This document shows, in pieces, positions 38,979 to 49,253 of a stretch of 64,000 nucleotides of DNA. A program made the position numbers and the translations under genes. How positions within the stretch are numbered: the stretch's first letter is position 1; every line of letters begins with the position of its first letter. The stretch lies in NCBI GenBank assembly GCA_038893835.1, contig JAWAQR010000001.1, positions 32,001 to 96,000 of the forward strand. Reading direction: 5' to 3'. Below the pieces are notes generated by a model that was not told the origin of the DNA, did not search any database, and saw only the letters and a list, made by a program, of their open reading frames with translations. The DNA is from Archaeoglobaceae archaeon (GTDB taxonomy: Archaea > Halobacteriota > Archaeoglobi > Archaeoglobales > Archaeoglobaceae).

Positions 38979-40607
38979 CTACATCCTCTCCAAAGCCTTT
39001 ATTCCGAGCAAATCCAAGCCAAGGCAAAGAACCTTTCTCACAGCTTTAACTATGGCTAGTCTGTGTTTTCTTATTTCATCCTCTGCCTTTAAAACCGGAT
39101 AATCTCGATAGAAATCGTTGAACTTCGATGCCACGCTTAGCAAGTATTCTGCAAAGAGATTTGGTTTCAACTCTTCCACAACCTTCTTTACATAATAGGG
39201 CATTTTTGAAAGAAGAACGACCAAATCGCGTTCAACCTTATTGCACAGCTCGGATTTGAATTCTTCTTTTTCATCCGCTTTCTTCAATATGCTGCAGGCT
39301 CTGGAATGCGTGTACTGGATATAGCTGGCAGTTTGCCTTTCAAAGTCTACTGCCTTCCTCATGTCAAAGATCATTGGTTTTTCTGGTGCAACTTTTATAA
39401 AATCAAATCTTATTGCTCCAACAGCTACGGCTTTGGCAATTTCCTCCCTTTCCTCCTCGCTGAATTCCCTGTTTGCAATCAATCTTTTAACTTCTTCCTT
39501 AACTTTTTCTATCAGCTCATCAGCAGAGATAAATCTTCCCTTTCTCGTGCTCATTCTTCCTTCTGGAAGCGATACGAATTCAAAGAAAACGATTTCAGGT
39601 TTCTTTATTCCAAGAATGTCCAGAATTCTGCATAATTGCTGACCATAGAGCTTGTGATCTGCACCCCAAATATTTATCGACCTTTCATAATTCTCGCTTT
39701 TCCATAGATGATATGCCAAGTCCCTAGTTATGTAAAGAGTCGTTTTATTTTCCCTTTTCAGAACGACTTCCTTCAAATCCTCGAACTCAATTATCCAAGC
39801 TCCCTCCTTCTTTATCAATCCTCTTTCATCGAGCAATCTTAAAACTTTTTCAACGTAACCGTTCCTGATAAAGTCGCTTTCCCATAAAAATTCATCGTGA
39901 AAGACGTTAAGCTTTTCTAGGGTTTCTTTTATTCCTTTCATTGCAAATTCGATCAGTTCTCTGAATTTTTTCACAGTCTCTGCGTCACCTTCCTCGTATT
40001 TTATCATGAGCTTTTCGACCTCTTTTTCCAACTCCTTTTTTTCCTCTAAAAGCCTATTCGCTGAAATATATGCATCGGCAACAGCATGATCTGGCTTTTT
40101 ACTGCTCAGACCAAGTTTCTCCACTCCTAGCAACGTTATCGCCATTTGTCTACCCATGTCGTTTATGTAATAATGCGTAGTAACATCAAATCCAGCCTTT
40201 TTGAAAAATCTTGCAAGAGTGTCTCCTATGACTGCATTTCTTACATGTCCAACATGTAAGGGCCCATCTGGATTTGCGGAGGTGTGCTCAATCAGAATCT
40301 TTCCTTTCATGTTCAAAGATCCATATTTTGGATCAGAGAGGATCAACTTGATCGTATCGCTGAGAAATTCTTGGTTGACAAAGAAATTTATGTAACCACC
40401 AACGATTTCAACTTTTCCAACATAACCAACGGGATTAATCGTCTCTACTATCGAACAAGCCACATCTTCAGGTCTGGAATTCCTTTCTTTTGCAATTTTG
40501 AAAGCTATTGTAGTTGATAGATCTGCATGCTCACTTTCTCTTATGTATCTCTGATCCGCAAAGTTTCCCAAGGTTCTAATCACGTCATCGACGAACAGCA
40601 GAAACAT
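38979..40607 (-). CDS. argS: Arginine--tRNA ligase
   Basis: EHTSANP.GPLHVGH.RN, NDMGRQ, LYITRDLAYH, MSTRKG, YIQY.H.R, C-terminal ERM. Confidence 0.96.
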   Translation of the reverse strand: MFLLFVDDVIRTLGNFADQRYIRESEHADLSTTIAFKIAKERNSRPEDVACSIVETINPVGYVGKVEIVGGYINFFVNQEFLSDTIKLILSDPKYGSLNMKGKILIEHTSANPDGPLHVGHVRNAVIGDTLARFFKKAGFDVTTHYYINDMGRQMAITLLGVEKLGLSSKKPDHAVADAYISANRLLEEKKELEKEVEKLMIKYEEGDAETVKKFRELIEFAMKGIKETLEKLNVFHDEFLWESDFIRNGYVEKVLRLLDERGLIKKEGAWIIEFEDLKEVVLKRENKTTLYITRDLAYHLWKSENYERSINIWGADHKLYGQQLCRILDILGIKKPEIVFFEFVSLPEGRMSTRKGRFISADELIEKVKEEVKRLIANREFSEEEREEIAKAVAVGAIRFDFIKVAPEKPMIFDMRKAVDFERQTASYIQYTHSRACSILKKADEKEEFKSELCNKVERDLVVLLSKMPYYVKKVVEELKPNLFAEYLLSVASKFNDFYRDYPVLKAEDEIRKHRLAIVKAVRKVLCLGLDLLGIKALERM

Positions 40608-40649
40608 GCCTATCCCTCTGCCCTTCTAAACTCTCGGAATAAAAATCTA

Positions 40650-41690
40650 TCAAACTATCCCAGTAACCTGCAAAATCTGCTCAAAATCATCTCTAGTTGG
40701 ATTTAGAGCTTCTAGAATTGTAAACCTTTTTCTCCTTATCTTTTTCGCATAAAGTAAAGCTTCAATAGCTTGTTCTTTGCTTATCCCTATTTCCTGAACC
40801 CTCACCGGAGCACCAGCTTTCTTTAACGCGTTTTTTACAGCTATCCAATTTCCATCACCATAGTTTTTTTCATACATGTATTCGAAGATTATGGTCCCAA
40901 TCCCAACTTGCTCTCCATGCGTACCATTTCCATAGCCCAAATAATCGATTGCGTGACTGAACTTGTGCTCAGCTCCACTTGCTGGCCTAGAGCTTCCAAC
41001 CATCGCGATTGCAACTCCACTCATTATCAATCCTCTCAGTAACAACTCTATCTCATTTTTTAAAACAAAATCTCCATTTGCTTTGTTCAGCATCAGATAG
41101 GCAGGGATTGTTGCAATTGAAGCCGCAACTTCGTTGTAACTCTCTCCATTGATGTCTCTCGAGAGTTTCCAGTCTTTAACAGCCGTTATGTTAGAAATCA
41201 GATCACCAAAGCCAGAATGTATTAATCTTGGAGGACAATTCTCTATTATCTCAACATCAGCTATCACTGCTATTGGTGATTTGGCCGTTATCGAAACAGG
41301 CTTTCCACCTTCTTTAAAGCTCGCCATCGGTGAAGCTATTCCATCATGGGAGGCAGTTGTTGGAACGCTTATGAATGGAACATTTAACTCAGTTGCAACA
41401 ACTTTAGAAACATCCAGAACTTTTCCTCCACCAATACCAACAATCGCATCAACATCGCTATAGCTGAGCATCAAAACGATTCTCCTAACTTCCAAAATGC
41501 TTGCATCGTTTATCAAAATCTCTTTCAACCCTAGTTCCGAGATTTTACTTTTCAAAATTTCTGAAACAACTGGATCCGTGATTATTATAGCATTCTGTGA
41601 GTTTATTTTATCCAGAACACTTTTTATCTTCGAGAACGCTCCTCTCTGAATGTAGACAAAAGATGGTATCTTAACCTCCATCCTGCTCAC
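40650..41690 (-). CDS. egsA: sn-glycerol-1-phosphate dehydrogenase
   Basis: GGGKVLD, PTTASHDGIAS, GD..SN, SSRPASGAEH..SH, HGEQ. Confidence 0.9.
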   Translation of the reverse strand: MSRMEVKIPSFVYIQRGAFSKIKSVLDKINSQNAIIITDPVVSEILKSKISELGLKEILINDASILEVRRIVLMLSYSDVDAIVGIGGGKVLDVSKVVATELNVPFISVPTTASHDGIASPMASFKEGGKPVSITAKSPIAVIADVEIIENCPPRLIHSGFGDLISNITAVKDWKLSRDINGESYNEVAASIATIPAYLMLNKANGDFVLKNEIELLLRGLIMSGVAIAMVGSSRPASGAEHKFSHAIDYLGYGNGTHGEQVGIGTIIFEYMYEKNYGDGNWIAVKNALKKAGAPVRVQEIGISKEQAIEALLYAKKIRRKRFTILEALNPTRDDFEQILQVTGIV

Positions 41691-42064
41691 CTTCTCAAGA
41701 TTTCGATCAATTTTTCCACAGAATTAACATAGAAGCAGGAAAGATTTCCTTCATAGCCTATACAGAACTTTGGAACACTTTCAACGAAGATTGGTGATGC
41801 CGATGGATTCGGTATGTAGACCAGTATGTATCTCGATGCCATTTCATCATAAAATTCCTTATTTTTTCTGAAGAAATCTTTGAATTCTCTACATTTTGGA
41901 CAATATGGAGCGCTTATGAAAATGAGCATTTCCTTTCCTGTTTTTTTCGACTCCTCAACCCCTTTTTCATAGCTTACCCAGCCAAAAAGCTCATTTTCAC
42001 TTGTGAAAAAGATCATAATTGCTGCAAATGAGAAAACGAGAAGTAATATGTAAAGATAGCGCAT
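41687..42064 (-). CDS. Exported or membrane-anchored thioredoxin-fold protein
   Basis: N-terminal hydrophobic helix, CPKC, SVP cis-Pro loop. Confidence 0.72.
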   Translation of the reverse strand: MRYLYILLLVFSFAAIMIFFTSENELFGWVSYEKGVEESKKTGKEMLIFISAPYCPKCREFKDFFRKNKEFYDEMASRYILVYIPNPSASPIFVESVPKFCIGYEGNLSCFYVNSVEKLIEILRR

Positions 42065-42141
42065 GAGGTCAATAGCTCTTTAGGATATTAAATTTTCTGT
42101 CGAATAGACAAAGTTTTTATCCTAGAGATTCCATTGTTACT

Positions 42142-42612
42142 GTGCGCGTATACATCCTCGACTCAGGAGCGATTTTTAGGAGAAAGATAGTATATGAGAA
42201 CATGGTAACAGTTCCCGAAGTCGTTTCCGAAGTTCTCGATGAGGATTCCTCTCTTTATCTCAGCGTTAAGAACTTAAAAGTTGAGTGTGCAAGTGAGGAG
42301 AGTTTGAAAATTGTCAAAAGAATATCGAAGGAAACTGGAGATATATATAGATTGTCCGAGACGGATTTAAAAATACTGGCAAAAGCTTTGGATGAGAAGA
42401 CTCAAGGTAATGAGCCCATTATAGTTACGGATGATTATTCAATTCAAAACGTTGCAATGGCACTTGGGATAGGAATAGAAGGTGTTGTTAGAGATAGAAT
42501 ATCGAAAGGTTTTAAGTGGGTAAAAGTGTGTAGAGGTTGTGGTAGGAGAGTGAATACAGATCTCTGTCCAACTTGTGGTAGTGAAACCGTGTTAAGGAGG
42601 GTGAAGAAATGA
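42142..42612 (+). CDS. nob1: Nob1 PIN-domain endonuclease with zinc ribbon
   Basis: ILDS, V..E, LSETD, TDDYSIQNVA, CRGC...CPTCG. Confidence 0.88.
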   Translation: MRVYILDSGAIFRRKIVYENMVTVPEVVSEVLDEDSSLYLSVKNLKVECASEESLKIVKRISKETGDIYRLSETDLKILAKALDEKTQGNEPIIVTDDYSIQNVAMALGIGIEGVVRDRISKGFKWVKVCRGCGRRVNTDLCPTCGSETVLRRVKK

Positions 42613-43175
42613 AAATCGAAAGTTTGGTTGAAAAAGCTAGAAAGCTTAGGGAAAAGGGCCTAACAACTGAGGAGATAGCAGATGAATTAAACGTTTCCTT
42701 CGAAACAGCAATGTGGCTTTTGACTAGAGCAACCGAGACGCCGCCTTCGGATATATATGTTGAGTGGAAGAATCTTTCAAAGCCTTCGAGACTGAGATTG
42801 ATTGCAATGGCTCTCGCAGATATGATCTTAGAAAAGTGCAGCAACATCGATGTGATCGTTGGAATTGCCACAAGTGGAATACCCTTGGCTTCAATGGTTG
42901 CCGAGGAACTTTCGGCTGATCTGGCGATTTATTACCCAAAGAAAATTCGTGGGCAAGAAATAAAGGGTGGTCTCCTAAGCGAGAACTTTGCTGGAGTTGA
43001 TGGAAAGAATTGCGCTATAGTGGATGATGTAATATCCACGGGGAGGACGATATCGGAGGCAATTGAAGTCATTTCTATGAACAACGGTAAAGTCCTCTGC
43101 GTTGCAGTCATCGCGAACAAGGGAGGAAAAGTGGACGTTCCCGTGCTGAGCCTTTTAAGAATAACCAGGATATGA
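42609..43175 (+). CDS. gfcR: HTH + phosphoribosyltransferase protein (GfcR/PyrE-like regulator)
   Basis: GL..EEIADELNVS.ETA.WL, P.DIYV.W, S.NFA.V, VDDVISTG. Confidence 0.78.
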   Translation: MKIESLVEKARKLREKGLTTEEIADELNVSFETAMWLLTRATETPPSDIYVEWKNLSKPSRLRLIAMALADMILEKCSNIDVIVGIATSGIPLASMVAEELSADLAIYYPKKIRGQEIKGGLLSENFAGVDGKNCAIVDDVISTGRTISEAIEVISMNNGKVLCVAVIANKGGKVDVPVLSLLRITRI

Positions 43176-44065
43176 ATGTGACAGTCGTAATTCCAACGCT
43201 GAACGAGGAAAAAGGGATAGGAGGTGTTGTTGAAAGCTTTAAAAAGATGGGGTTTGAAGTTCTTGTAATCGATGGGAGGAGTAAGGATAGAACTAGAGAA
43301 ATAGCTGCTGAAAAGGGGGCAAAAGTCCTATTGCAGACTGGAAAAGGGAAAGGAAATGCAATTGCAGAAGCTTTTAAGATCGTTGACAGTGAAATTTTAG
43401 TTCTAGTGGATGGAGATGGTAGTTATCCAGCAGAGGAAGTTTGGAAGCTGATCGAACCTATTGAAAAAGGTTTTGCCGATCACGTGGTTGGAAACAGATT
43501 TGCAAAGTATGAAAGAGGGGCTTTCAGCAGATTAAACCTTTTAGGAAATAAACTTCTGAACGCATTTTTCAGATTCGCCTACGGAGTAAACCTGAACGAC
43601 ATCCTTTCTGGATATAGAGCTTTGAAAAAGGATGTTTATAAGAGCATTGAAATAAGAAAGACGGGATTTGAAGTTGAAGCTGAAATGACAGTAGAAACTC
43701 TTGCAAAGGGTTTCAGAATTCTGGAAGTACCAATAAATTACAAAAAGAGGGAGGGAAAGACAAAACTTCGTCCTTTAAGGGATGGAATAAGGATTGGAAA
43801 AGCGATTTACGAACTCATTGGAAGATACAGCCCAGCAAGATATCTTTATATCTTTGGTTTAATTTTTTTAGCTCTTGGAATCCTGACAGGTATCTATGTC
43901 GTCTATGCATGGTTTAATGCAGTCTCGCATTATATGCTAGCCCTTCTTACAGTCCTTTTCATAATCACCGGCGTTCAGTTTGTGATCTTTGGTCTGATAG
44001 CTGATTTGATTTTCAGAACGACAGTTGAGTTCAAAAGAGAAATAAAACAGCTGATGAGAAAGTAG
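43172..44065 (+). CDS. aglJ: GT2 dolichol-phosphate glycosyltransferase (AglJ-like)
   Basis: IPTLNEE, DG.S.D.T, GKG.A, DGDGSY, DILSGYR, GFEVE, two C-terminal TM helices. Confidence 0.78.
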   Translation: MNVTVVIPTLNEEKGIGGVVESFKKMGFEVLVIDGRSKDRTREIAAEKGAKVLLQTGKGKGNAIAEAFKIVDSEILVLVDGDGSYPAEEVWKLIEPIEKGFADHVVGNRFAKYERGAFSRLNLLGNKLLNAFFRFAYGVNLNDILSGYRALKKDVYKSIEIRKTGFEVEAEMTVETLAKGFRILEVPINYKKREGKTKLRPLRDGIRIGKAIYELIGRYSPARYLYIFGLIFLALGILTGIYVVYAWFNAVSHYMLALLTVLFIITGVQFVIFGLIADLIFRTTVEFKREIKQLMRK

Positions 44066-44068
44066 CAT

Positions 44069-44821
44069 ATGATTATAACGCTGCTTACAGATTTTGGAGA
44101 TTTTTATCCTGGCGTTATGAAAGGAATCATTCATAGCATAGCTCCCGGGGCTACAATAGTAGATATAACTCACTCCGTAGAACCGCAAAATGTTTTTCAG
44201 GGTGCTTTTTTGCTCTATCATTCATATAAGTATTTCAGAAATGCCATACACATTGCAGTAGTCGATCCAGGAGTTGGAGGGAAAAGGAGGGCTATAGTAG
44301 TTCAGACCAAGAACCACTTCTTTGTAGCCCCAGATAATGGGCTCGTATATCCTTCAGCAGCTGAAGATGGAATTTTGAAAATTTTCGAAATAGACTACAG
44401 AATTTCTGAACTTGTCGGTGAACTTTCTAACACTTTTCACGGCAGAGATATCTTCGCTCCCTGTGCTGCCTTAATTCTGAGGGGTGACTTTAGCTATTTA
44501 AAAGAGACAAAAAATTTGGAAAAACTAGAAATATTTGACTTCAAAAAGGTTGGAAATAAGATAATTGGTAAAATCGCTTTTGTCGATAGATTTGGAAACA
44601 TAATAACGAACATACCTGCAAGTGCAGTTAGAGGGGTAAAATTTTTTAAAGTTTCAGACGTAGTATTCCCGATGGTAAGAACTTATGAAGATGTAGCTCT
44701 ATACGAACCCCTAGCTCTGATAGGCAGTTTTGGCACCCTAGAATTCAGCGTAAGAGAAGGAAACGCCTCCGATCTTTTAAAAATGCGTAGAGGAATTATT
44801 GAAGTGGAGGTGTTTGAATGA
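44069..44821 (+). CDS. SAM hydroxide adenosyltransferase (DUF62)
   Basis: ITLLTDFG, DITH, VVDPGVG, PDNG, SNTFHGRDIF, DRFGN. Confidence 0.9.
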   Translation: MIITLLTDFGDFYPGVMKGIIHSIAPGATIVDITHSVEPQNVFQGAFLLYHSYKYFRNAIHIAVVDPGVGGKRRAIVVQTKNHFFVAPDNGLVYPSAAEDGILKIFEIDYRISELVGELSNTFHGRDIFAPCAALILRGDFSYLKETKNLEKLEIFDFKKVGNKIIGKIAFVDRFGNIITNIPASAVRGVKFFKVSDVVFPMVRTYEDVALYEPLALIGSFGTLEFSVREGNASDLLKMRRGIIEVEVFE

Positions 44822-45219
44822 ATGAAAAAATACTGGCAAAGATGATAGAAGCGGTAAACAGACATATGCCAGCAGTGACAAAAAGCCTTGAAGAAATGCT
44901 CAAAGAAAAAGATCCGAAGATATTGGCAAAAGATGGGAATGAATACTACATCGAACCAAAAGAGCTTGAGTTTATCGCAAGTTTTGTTGAAGAAGAGGAT
45001 AGAAAAAAGTTCAGAATCCCAATTATTCTGGAGATGTGCGACATAGGAGGTGAAAGAGTTATTTTTGTCAGAGATAAGCTGCACATAGAGTTCATAAGGA
45101 AGGCATTTGGATTCGATCGAATCGTGAACAACAATCTAATGCTTTACTTTTACGAACTCCCAGCAATAAGGAGAAGATTAAGAACAGCTTCTCAAGTTAT
45201 GTTCAGGGTGGAGTTATGA
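44818..45219 (+). CDS. UPF0216 (DUF61) protein
   Basis: NRHMP...KSL, KDG, ELE, PIILE, IRRRL.T.SQ. Confidence 0.78.
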   Translation: MNEKILAKMIEAVNRHMPAVTKSLEEMLKEKDPKILAKDGNEYYIEPKELEFIASFVEEEDRKKFRIPIILEMCDIGGERVIFVRDKLHIEFIRKAFGFDRIVNNNLMLYFYELPAIRRRLRTASQVMFRVEL

Positions 45220-46529
45220 GCTTGTTCGGAACTAACGGTGTTAGAGGAATTGCAAATGAAGAACTTACAGCAGAGATGGCACTGGATCTTGGAAGAGTTA
45301 TAGCTACATTAAAGCCAGGAAAAATTGCGGTTGCATGCGATACTAGGATATCGAGTTTCATGCTCAAGAGTGCAGTTTTGGCTGGTATAATGTCAGCTGG
45401 AAGCGATGCAATCGATCTTGGCATCGCTCCTACTCCAGCGTTGCAGTATTATGCAAAGATAAATAGAATTCCCGGAGTCGTTGTGACTGCGAGTCATAAT
45501 CCAAGAGAATACAATGGAATAAAGTTCATTCAAGAGAACGGAGCTGAATTCTTTAGAGAAATGGATGAGGAGAGTGAAAGAATTTATATCAGCAAAAAGT
45601 TCAGAATCGTGAAATGGAATGAAATCGGTTCCCTAATCATCGACAGCTGTGTTGATCTATACGTTAATGCAATCGTCAACAGCGTCAGCTTGGATAAGAA
45701 ATACAGAGTTGTCGTCGACTGTGGAAATGGTGCAACTTTTTTAACAAGTCCAGAAATTCTAAGAAGGCTGAAATGTGATGTCCACAGCATAAATTGTCAT
45801 CCAGATGGTAGATTTACTGCAAGAAATCCAGAACCAGTTGAGAAAGAGCTAGATTTACTCAAGAAATCTGTTGTTAACTTCAAAGCAGACTTCGGAGTTG
45901 CACATGATGGTGATGGAGATAGGGCAGTGTTCGTTGATGAAAGGGGAGAGTTTGTTCCCGAAGATGTAATGCTAGCTTTGATTGCAAAATACTACGTTGA
46001 GAAAAATGGAGGAGGAATAGTTGTTACACCAGTATCCTCTTCACGCTGTGTAGAGGATGCTGTGATTGAAGCTGGTGGAAAAGTTGTCTACACAGCCGTT
46101 GGCTCGCCAGTAGTTGCGAAGGTTATGATGGAAACTGGAGCGATCTTTGGTGGGGAAGGAAATGGAGGTTTTATATTTCCAGAACATTTACTTGCAAGAG
46201 ATGGTGGGATGAGCATTGCGAAGGTTTTACAGTTGATGGATGAGACAGGAAAAAAGCTCAGCGAACTCACTGCAGAAATACCTAGGTACTACATGATAAA
46301 GGGAAAAATTGAATGTAGAAAAAAGGAAAAAGTTCTTTCAGAGCTAAGAAGAATTTATCCAGAAGCAAACCACATCGATGGGGTTAGAGTTGACTTCGAA
46401 GATGGCTGGATCCTTATACGCCCTTCAGGAACAGAGCCAATAGTTAGGATTTATGCGGAGGGAAAAACAAGAGAAAGAGCTGAAGAACTTTACAACGAAG
46501 GTTTAAGGGTTTTAGGGAAAATTCTTTAG
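45216..46529 (+). CDS. Phosphohexomutase (GlmM/PMM-PGM family)
   Basis: FGTNGVRG, TASHNP, DGDGDR, GGEGNGG, RPSGTEP. Confidence 0.92.
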   Translation: MSLFGTNGVRGIANEELTAEMALDLGRVIATLKPGKIAVACDTRISSFMLKSAVLAGIMSAGSDAIDLGIAPTPALQYYAKINRIPGVVVTASHNPREYNGIKFIQENGAEFFREMDEESERIYISKKFRIVKWNEIGSLIIDSCVDLYVNAIVNSVSLDKKYRVVVDCGNGATFLTSPEILRRLKCDVHSINCHPDGRFTARNPEPVEKELDLLKKSVVNFKADFGVAHDGDGDRAVFVDERGEFVPEDVMLALIAKYYVEKNGGGIVVTPVSSSRCVEDAVIEAGGKVVYTAVGSPVVAKVMMETGAIFGGEGNGGFIFPEHLLARDGGMSIAKVLQLMDETGKKLSELTAEIPRYYMIKGKIECRKKEKVLSELRRIYPEANHIDGVRVDFEDGWILIRPSGTEPIVRIYAEGKTRERAEELYNEGLRVLGKIL

Positions 46530-46542
46530 TGGAGGCTTCCGG

Positions 46543-47736
46543 TTAGACAAACATAACCCCTTTTAAATCTGGAATTGGCGAAGCCCTTCTTAAGACTTTT
46601 TCCACCGCTCTTGTGAAATCAAGCATCGTTACTTTTACCCTCTCTTCCCTTATCGCAAACATTCCCGCTTCAGTGCATATCGCCTTTATATCAGCCCCAC
46701 TGGCACCTTCAGTAATTCTTGCTAGTTCTTTAAAGTCAACGTCATCGGCAAGTTTCATTCTCTTCGAATGAATCTTAAATATCTGTATTCTTCCCTCAAA
46801 ATTCGGTAAAGGTACTTCAATTATTCTATCAAACCTCCCTGGACGGAGAATTGCTGGATCCAAAATGTCTATGCGGTTCGTTGCACCTATGACTTTTACA
46901 TCACCTCTTGGATCGAAGCCATCTAGTTCTGAAAGTAATTGCATCATCGTTCTCTGCACTTCTCTATCTCCACTTGTGTCGCTGCTAATTCTTCTAGCGG
47001 CAATTGCATCGAGTTCATCGATAAATATTATACTCGGTGCCTTCTCTCTGGCAAGCTGAAAAACTTCCCTTACAAGCCTAGCTCCTTCGCCTATGAACTT
47101 CTGAACAAACTCACTTCCAACAACTCTTATAAAGGTCGCCTTTGTCTGATTAGCTACAGCTTTTGCCAGCAAAGTCTTCCCCGTCCCAGGAGGGCCATAA
47201 AGAAGAACTCCTTTCGGCGGCTCTATGCCCACTTCTTTGAAAAGATCTGGCTTCAATAATGGTAGCTCAATCGCTTCCCTTATCTCCTCTATCTGCTGAC
47301 TCAGCCCGCCAATGTCCTCGTAAGTAACGTTTGGTCTTTCTTCAACTTCAAAACCATATACCATTGGATCCTTTGACGATGGCAATATGTTGACGACTGC
47401 CAAAGTTTGCTGGTTTAGAGCGACTCTGGTTCCAGGTTTTAAATCTTCAGGATTTATGTATTGTGAAGCATAGACTACGAATTTTGGTCCAGTAGAACTT
47501 CTAACAATAACCCTTCCATCTTCCAGAACATCCGAAATCGTGCCGACGAGGAGAGGGGGTGATCTTAATCTTTCTATTTCGCTCTTCAATCTTCTAACTT
47601 CTCTTTCATACCTGAGCCTTTCGCTTTCTATAAATCTTTTCTCATCTTCAAGTCTTCTATAAAGTTCTCTAAGCTTGTAATATTCCTCTTCAAGTTTTTT
47701 CAACTTTTCTAGTAGGTAATTCAGATCTTCCGACAT
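46543..47736 (-). CDS. pan: Proteasome-activating nucleotidase
   Basis: Coiled coil, [27 protein letters not shown]-terminal MFV (HbYX-like); likely start MSEDLNY at 47736. Confidence 0.95.
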   Translation of the reverse strand: MSEDLNYLLEKLKKLEEEYYKLRELYRRLEDEKRFIESERLRYEREVRRLKSEIERLRSPPLLVGTISDVLEDGRVIVRSSTGPKFVVYASQYINPEDLKPGTRVALNQQTLAVVNILPSSKDPMVYGFEVEERPNVTYEDIGGLSQQIEEIREAIELPLLKPDLFKEVGIEPPKGVLLYGPPGTGKTLLAKAVANQTKATFIRVVGSEFVQKFIGEGARLVREVFQLAREKAPSIIFIDELDAIAARRISSDTSGDREVQRTMMQLLSELDGFDPRGDVKVIGATNRIDILDPAILRPGRFDRIIEVPLPNFEGRIQIFKIHSKRMKLADDVDFKELARITEGASGADIKAICTEAGMFAIREERVKVTMLDFTRAVEKVLRRASPIPDLKGVMFV

Positions 47737-47806
47737 TGGCTCCTCCCCGGAAGCCTCCAAATAAATATATATCCTTTTACTATATGAACTTATTGCTGGT
47801 GGGAAA

Positions 47807-48268
47807 ATGAACTGTGAAATATGTGGGAAAGAAATAAGACCGCCTGGATATAGGATAATTGTCGAAGGGACAGAACTCAGAGTTTGCGCATCCTGCAGAA
47901 AATATGGGACTGAAAGTGTTCCAACCGTAAAGCCTGATTTTAGGAAAATCGTTTTGAGGAAAAGAAAACCGCAAAAAAAGGTTGAGTTAGAAGAAGAACT
48001 TGTAGAAAACTTCAACGTCATAATAAGAGTTGAAAGAGAAAAAAGGGGATGGAGTCAGGAGCAGTTGGCTAAGAAGATTCAGGAAAAGGAGTCTGTTATA
48101 AAGAAGATAGAAAATGCTGAAATAACTCCTGAGCCAAAAATAATCGAAAAACTTGAAAAGCTTTTCGGTATAAAGCTCAGAGAAAGTCCGGAAAGTATTA
48201 GAGTAACGAAGCCCTCTCAGTTTGTCCCAACCTTTGGCGATATCGTGGTTGTTAGGAGGAAGGAATGA
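47807..48268 (+). CDS. Archaeal MBF1 (zinc ribbon + HTH)
   Basis: [29 protein letters not shown]. Confidence 0.9.
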   Translation: MNCEICGKEIRPPGYRIIVEGTELRVCASCRKYGTESVPTVKPDFRKIVLRKRKPQKKVELEEELVENFNVIIRVEREKRGWSQEQLAKKIQEKESVIKKIENAEITPEPKIIEKLEKLFGIKLRESPESIRVTKPSQFVPTFGDIVVVRRKE

Positions 48269-48579
48269 ATATGTACACGTTCATTTACATAACCACCAGT
48301 TCGAAAGAAGAGGCTGAAAAAATCGCCAGAGCTGTGTTGGAAAAGAAACTGGCAGCATGTGTTAACATTTTCCCAATAAAATCTTTCTTCTGGTGGAATG
48401 AAAAGATAGAGGTTGCTGAAGAATATGCTATGATCGTTAAGACGAAGACAGAGAAGTTTTCGGAGCTTAGAGATTTCGTAAAAAGCATCCATAGCTATTC
48501 AGTTCCATGCATTTGCTCAATTCCAGTGGAAAGAGGACTGAGAGATTTTTTGGACTGGATAGATAGAACGGTGGAATGA
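48265..48579 (+). CDS. cutA: Divalent cation tolerance protein CutA
   Basis: EAEKIA..VLEKKLAACVN, S.FWW, KT, HSY.VP. Confidence 0.92.
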   Translation: MNMYTFIYITTSSKEEAEKIARAVLEKKLAACVNIFPIKSFFWWNEKIEVAEEYAMIVKTKTEKFSELRDFVKSIHSYSVPCICSIPVERGLRDFLDWIDRTVE

Positions 48580-49253
48580 AGGAAATAGAAGTTCGTTATG
48601 ACGGAGAGAAGTGGAAAATCCTGAATTTAAAGAGAGAGAAAGCAAAGAATTTGATGAGAAAACTTGCTGAGAATAACATAAACAGTATTCTTTATGGAAG
48701 TGTTGCCCGTGGAGATGTGAATGCCAAGAGTGACATCGACATCTTCATTCCACAGTTAATACCTTCATTTAGAATAGAGCTAGCACTTGAAGATTTTAAT
48801 ATATTGGAAAAGAGAATCGTACAGGCAACGCCAAACTATGCTATAAAGGGCGAGCTTGTGATAGATGAAGAGACAACTGTCAGCTTTCCCCTTGTTAAGA
48901 TGAGAGAAAGGGAACTGGATTTTTACAGATTCGGTGGATGCATAAGTTATGAGGAACTTCTGAAGAACAAAAGAGTTCCCGGAGTTGATAAAAGACTCAT
49001 GCTGATAATTCCCATTGAAAACGGGCATAAAGAAATATCTATTCACGATCTCCATCCAAGCATGGTTGCAAAAATTCTCAACGTTTCGCTTGAGATAGTC
49101 ATTGAAAGAATGAGGGTGCTTGGAAGGAGGAGAGAAGTAGGAAGAACTGGGATTTATCTACGAGAAAGTATACCACTAAACGAGAGCTTCGAGTCCGCTC
49201 TTATGGAAATTGCTCTAAAGGATCCCGCGGTTAGGAGAAGGATAAATGATTGA
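48576..49253 (+). CDS. Pol-beta superfamily nucleotidyltransferase (conserved archaeal)
   Basis: YGSVARGDV..KSDID, QATP, FYRFGG, RVPGVDK, GRTG. Confidence 0.82.
   Translation: MKEIEVRYDGEKWKILNLKREKAKNLMRKLAENNINSILYGSVARGDVNAKSDIDIFIPQLIPSFRIELALEDFNILEKRIVQATPNYAIKGELVIDEETTVSFPLVKMRERELDFYRFGGCISYEELLKNKRVPGVDKRLMLIIPIENGHKEISIHDLHPSMVAKILNVSLEIVIERMRVLGRRREVGRTGIYLRESIPLNESFESALMEIALKDPAVRRRIND

Noticed and set aside
47737-48021. 95-aa N-terminal extension of PAN in the ORF track
   Set aside because: It is antisense to MBF1 and crosses the promoter; the likely start is MSEDLNY at 47736.
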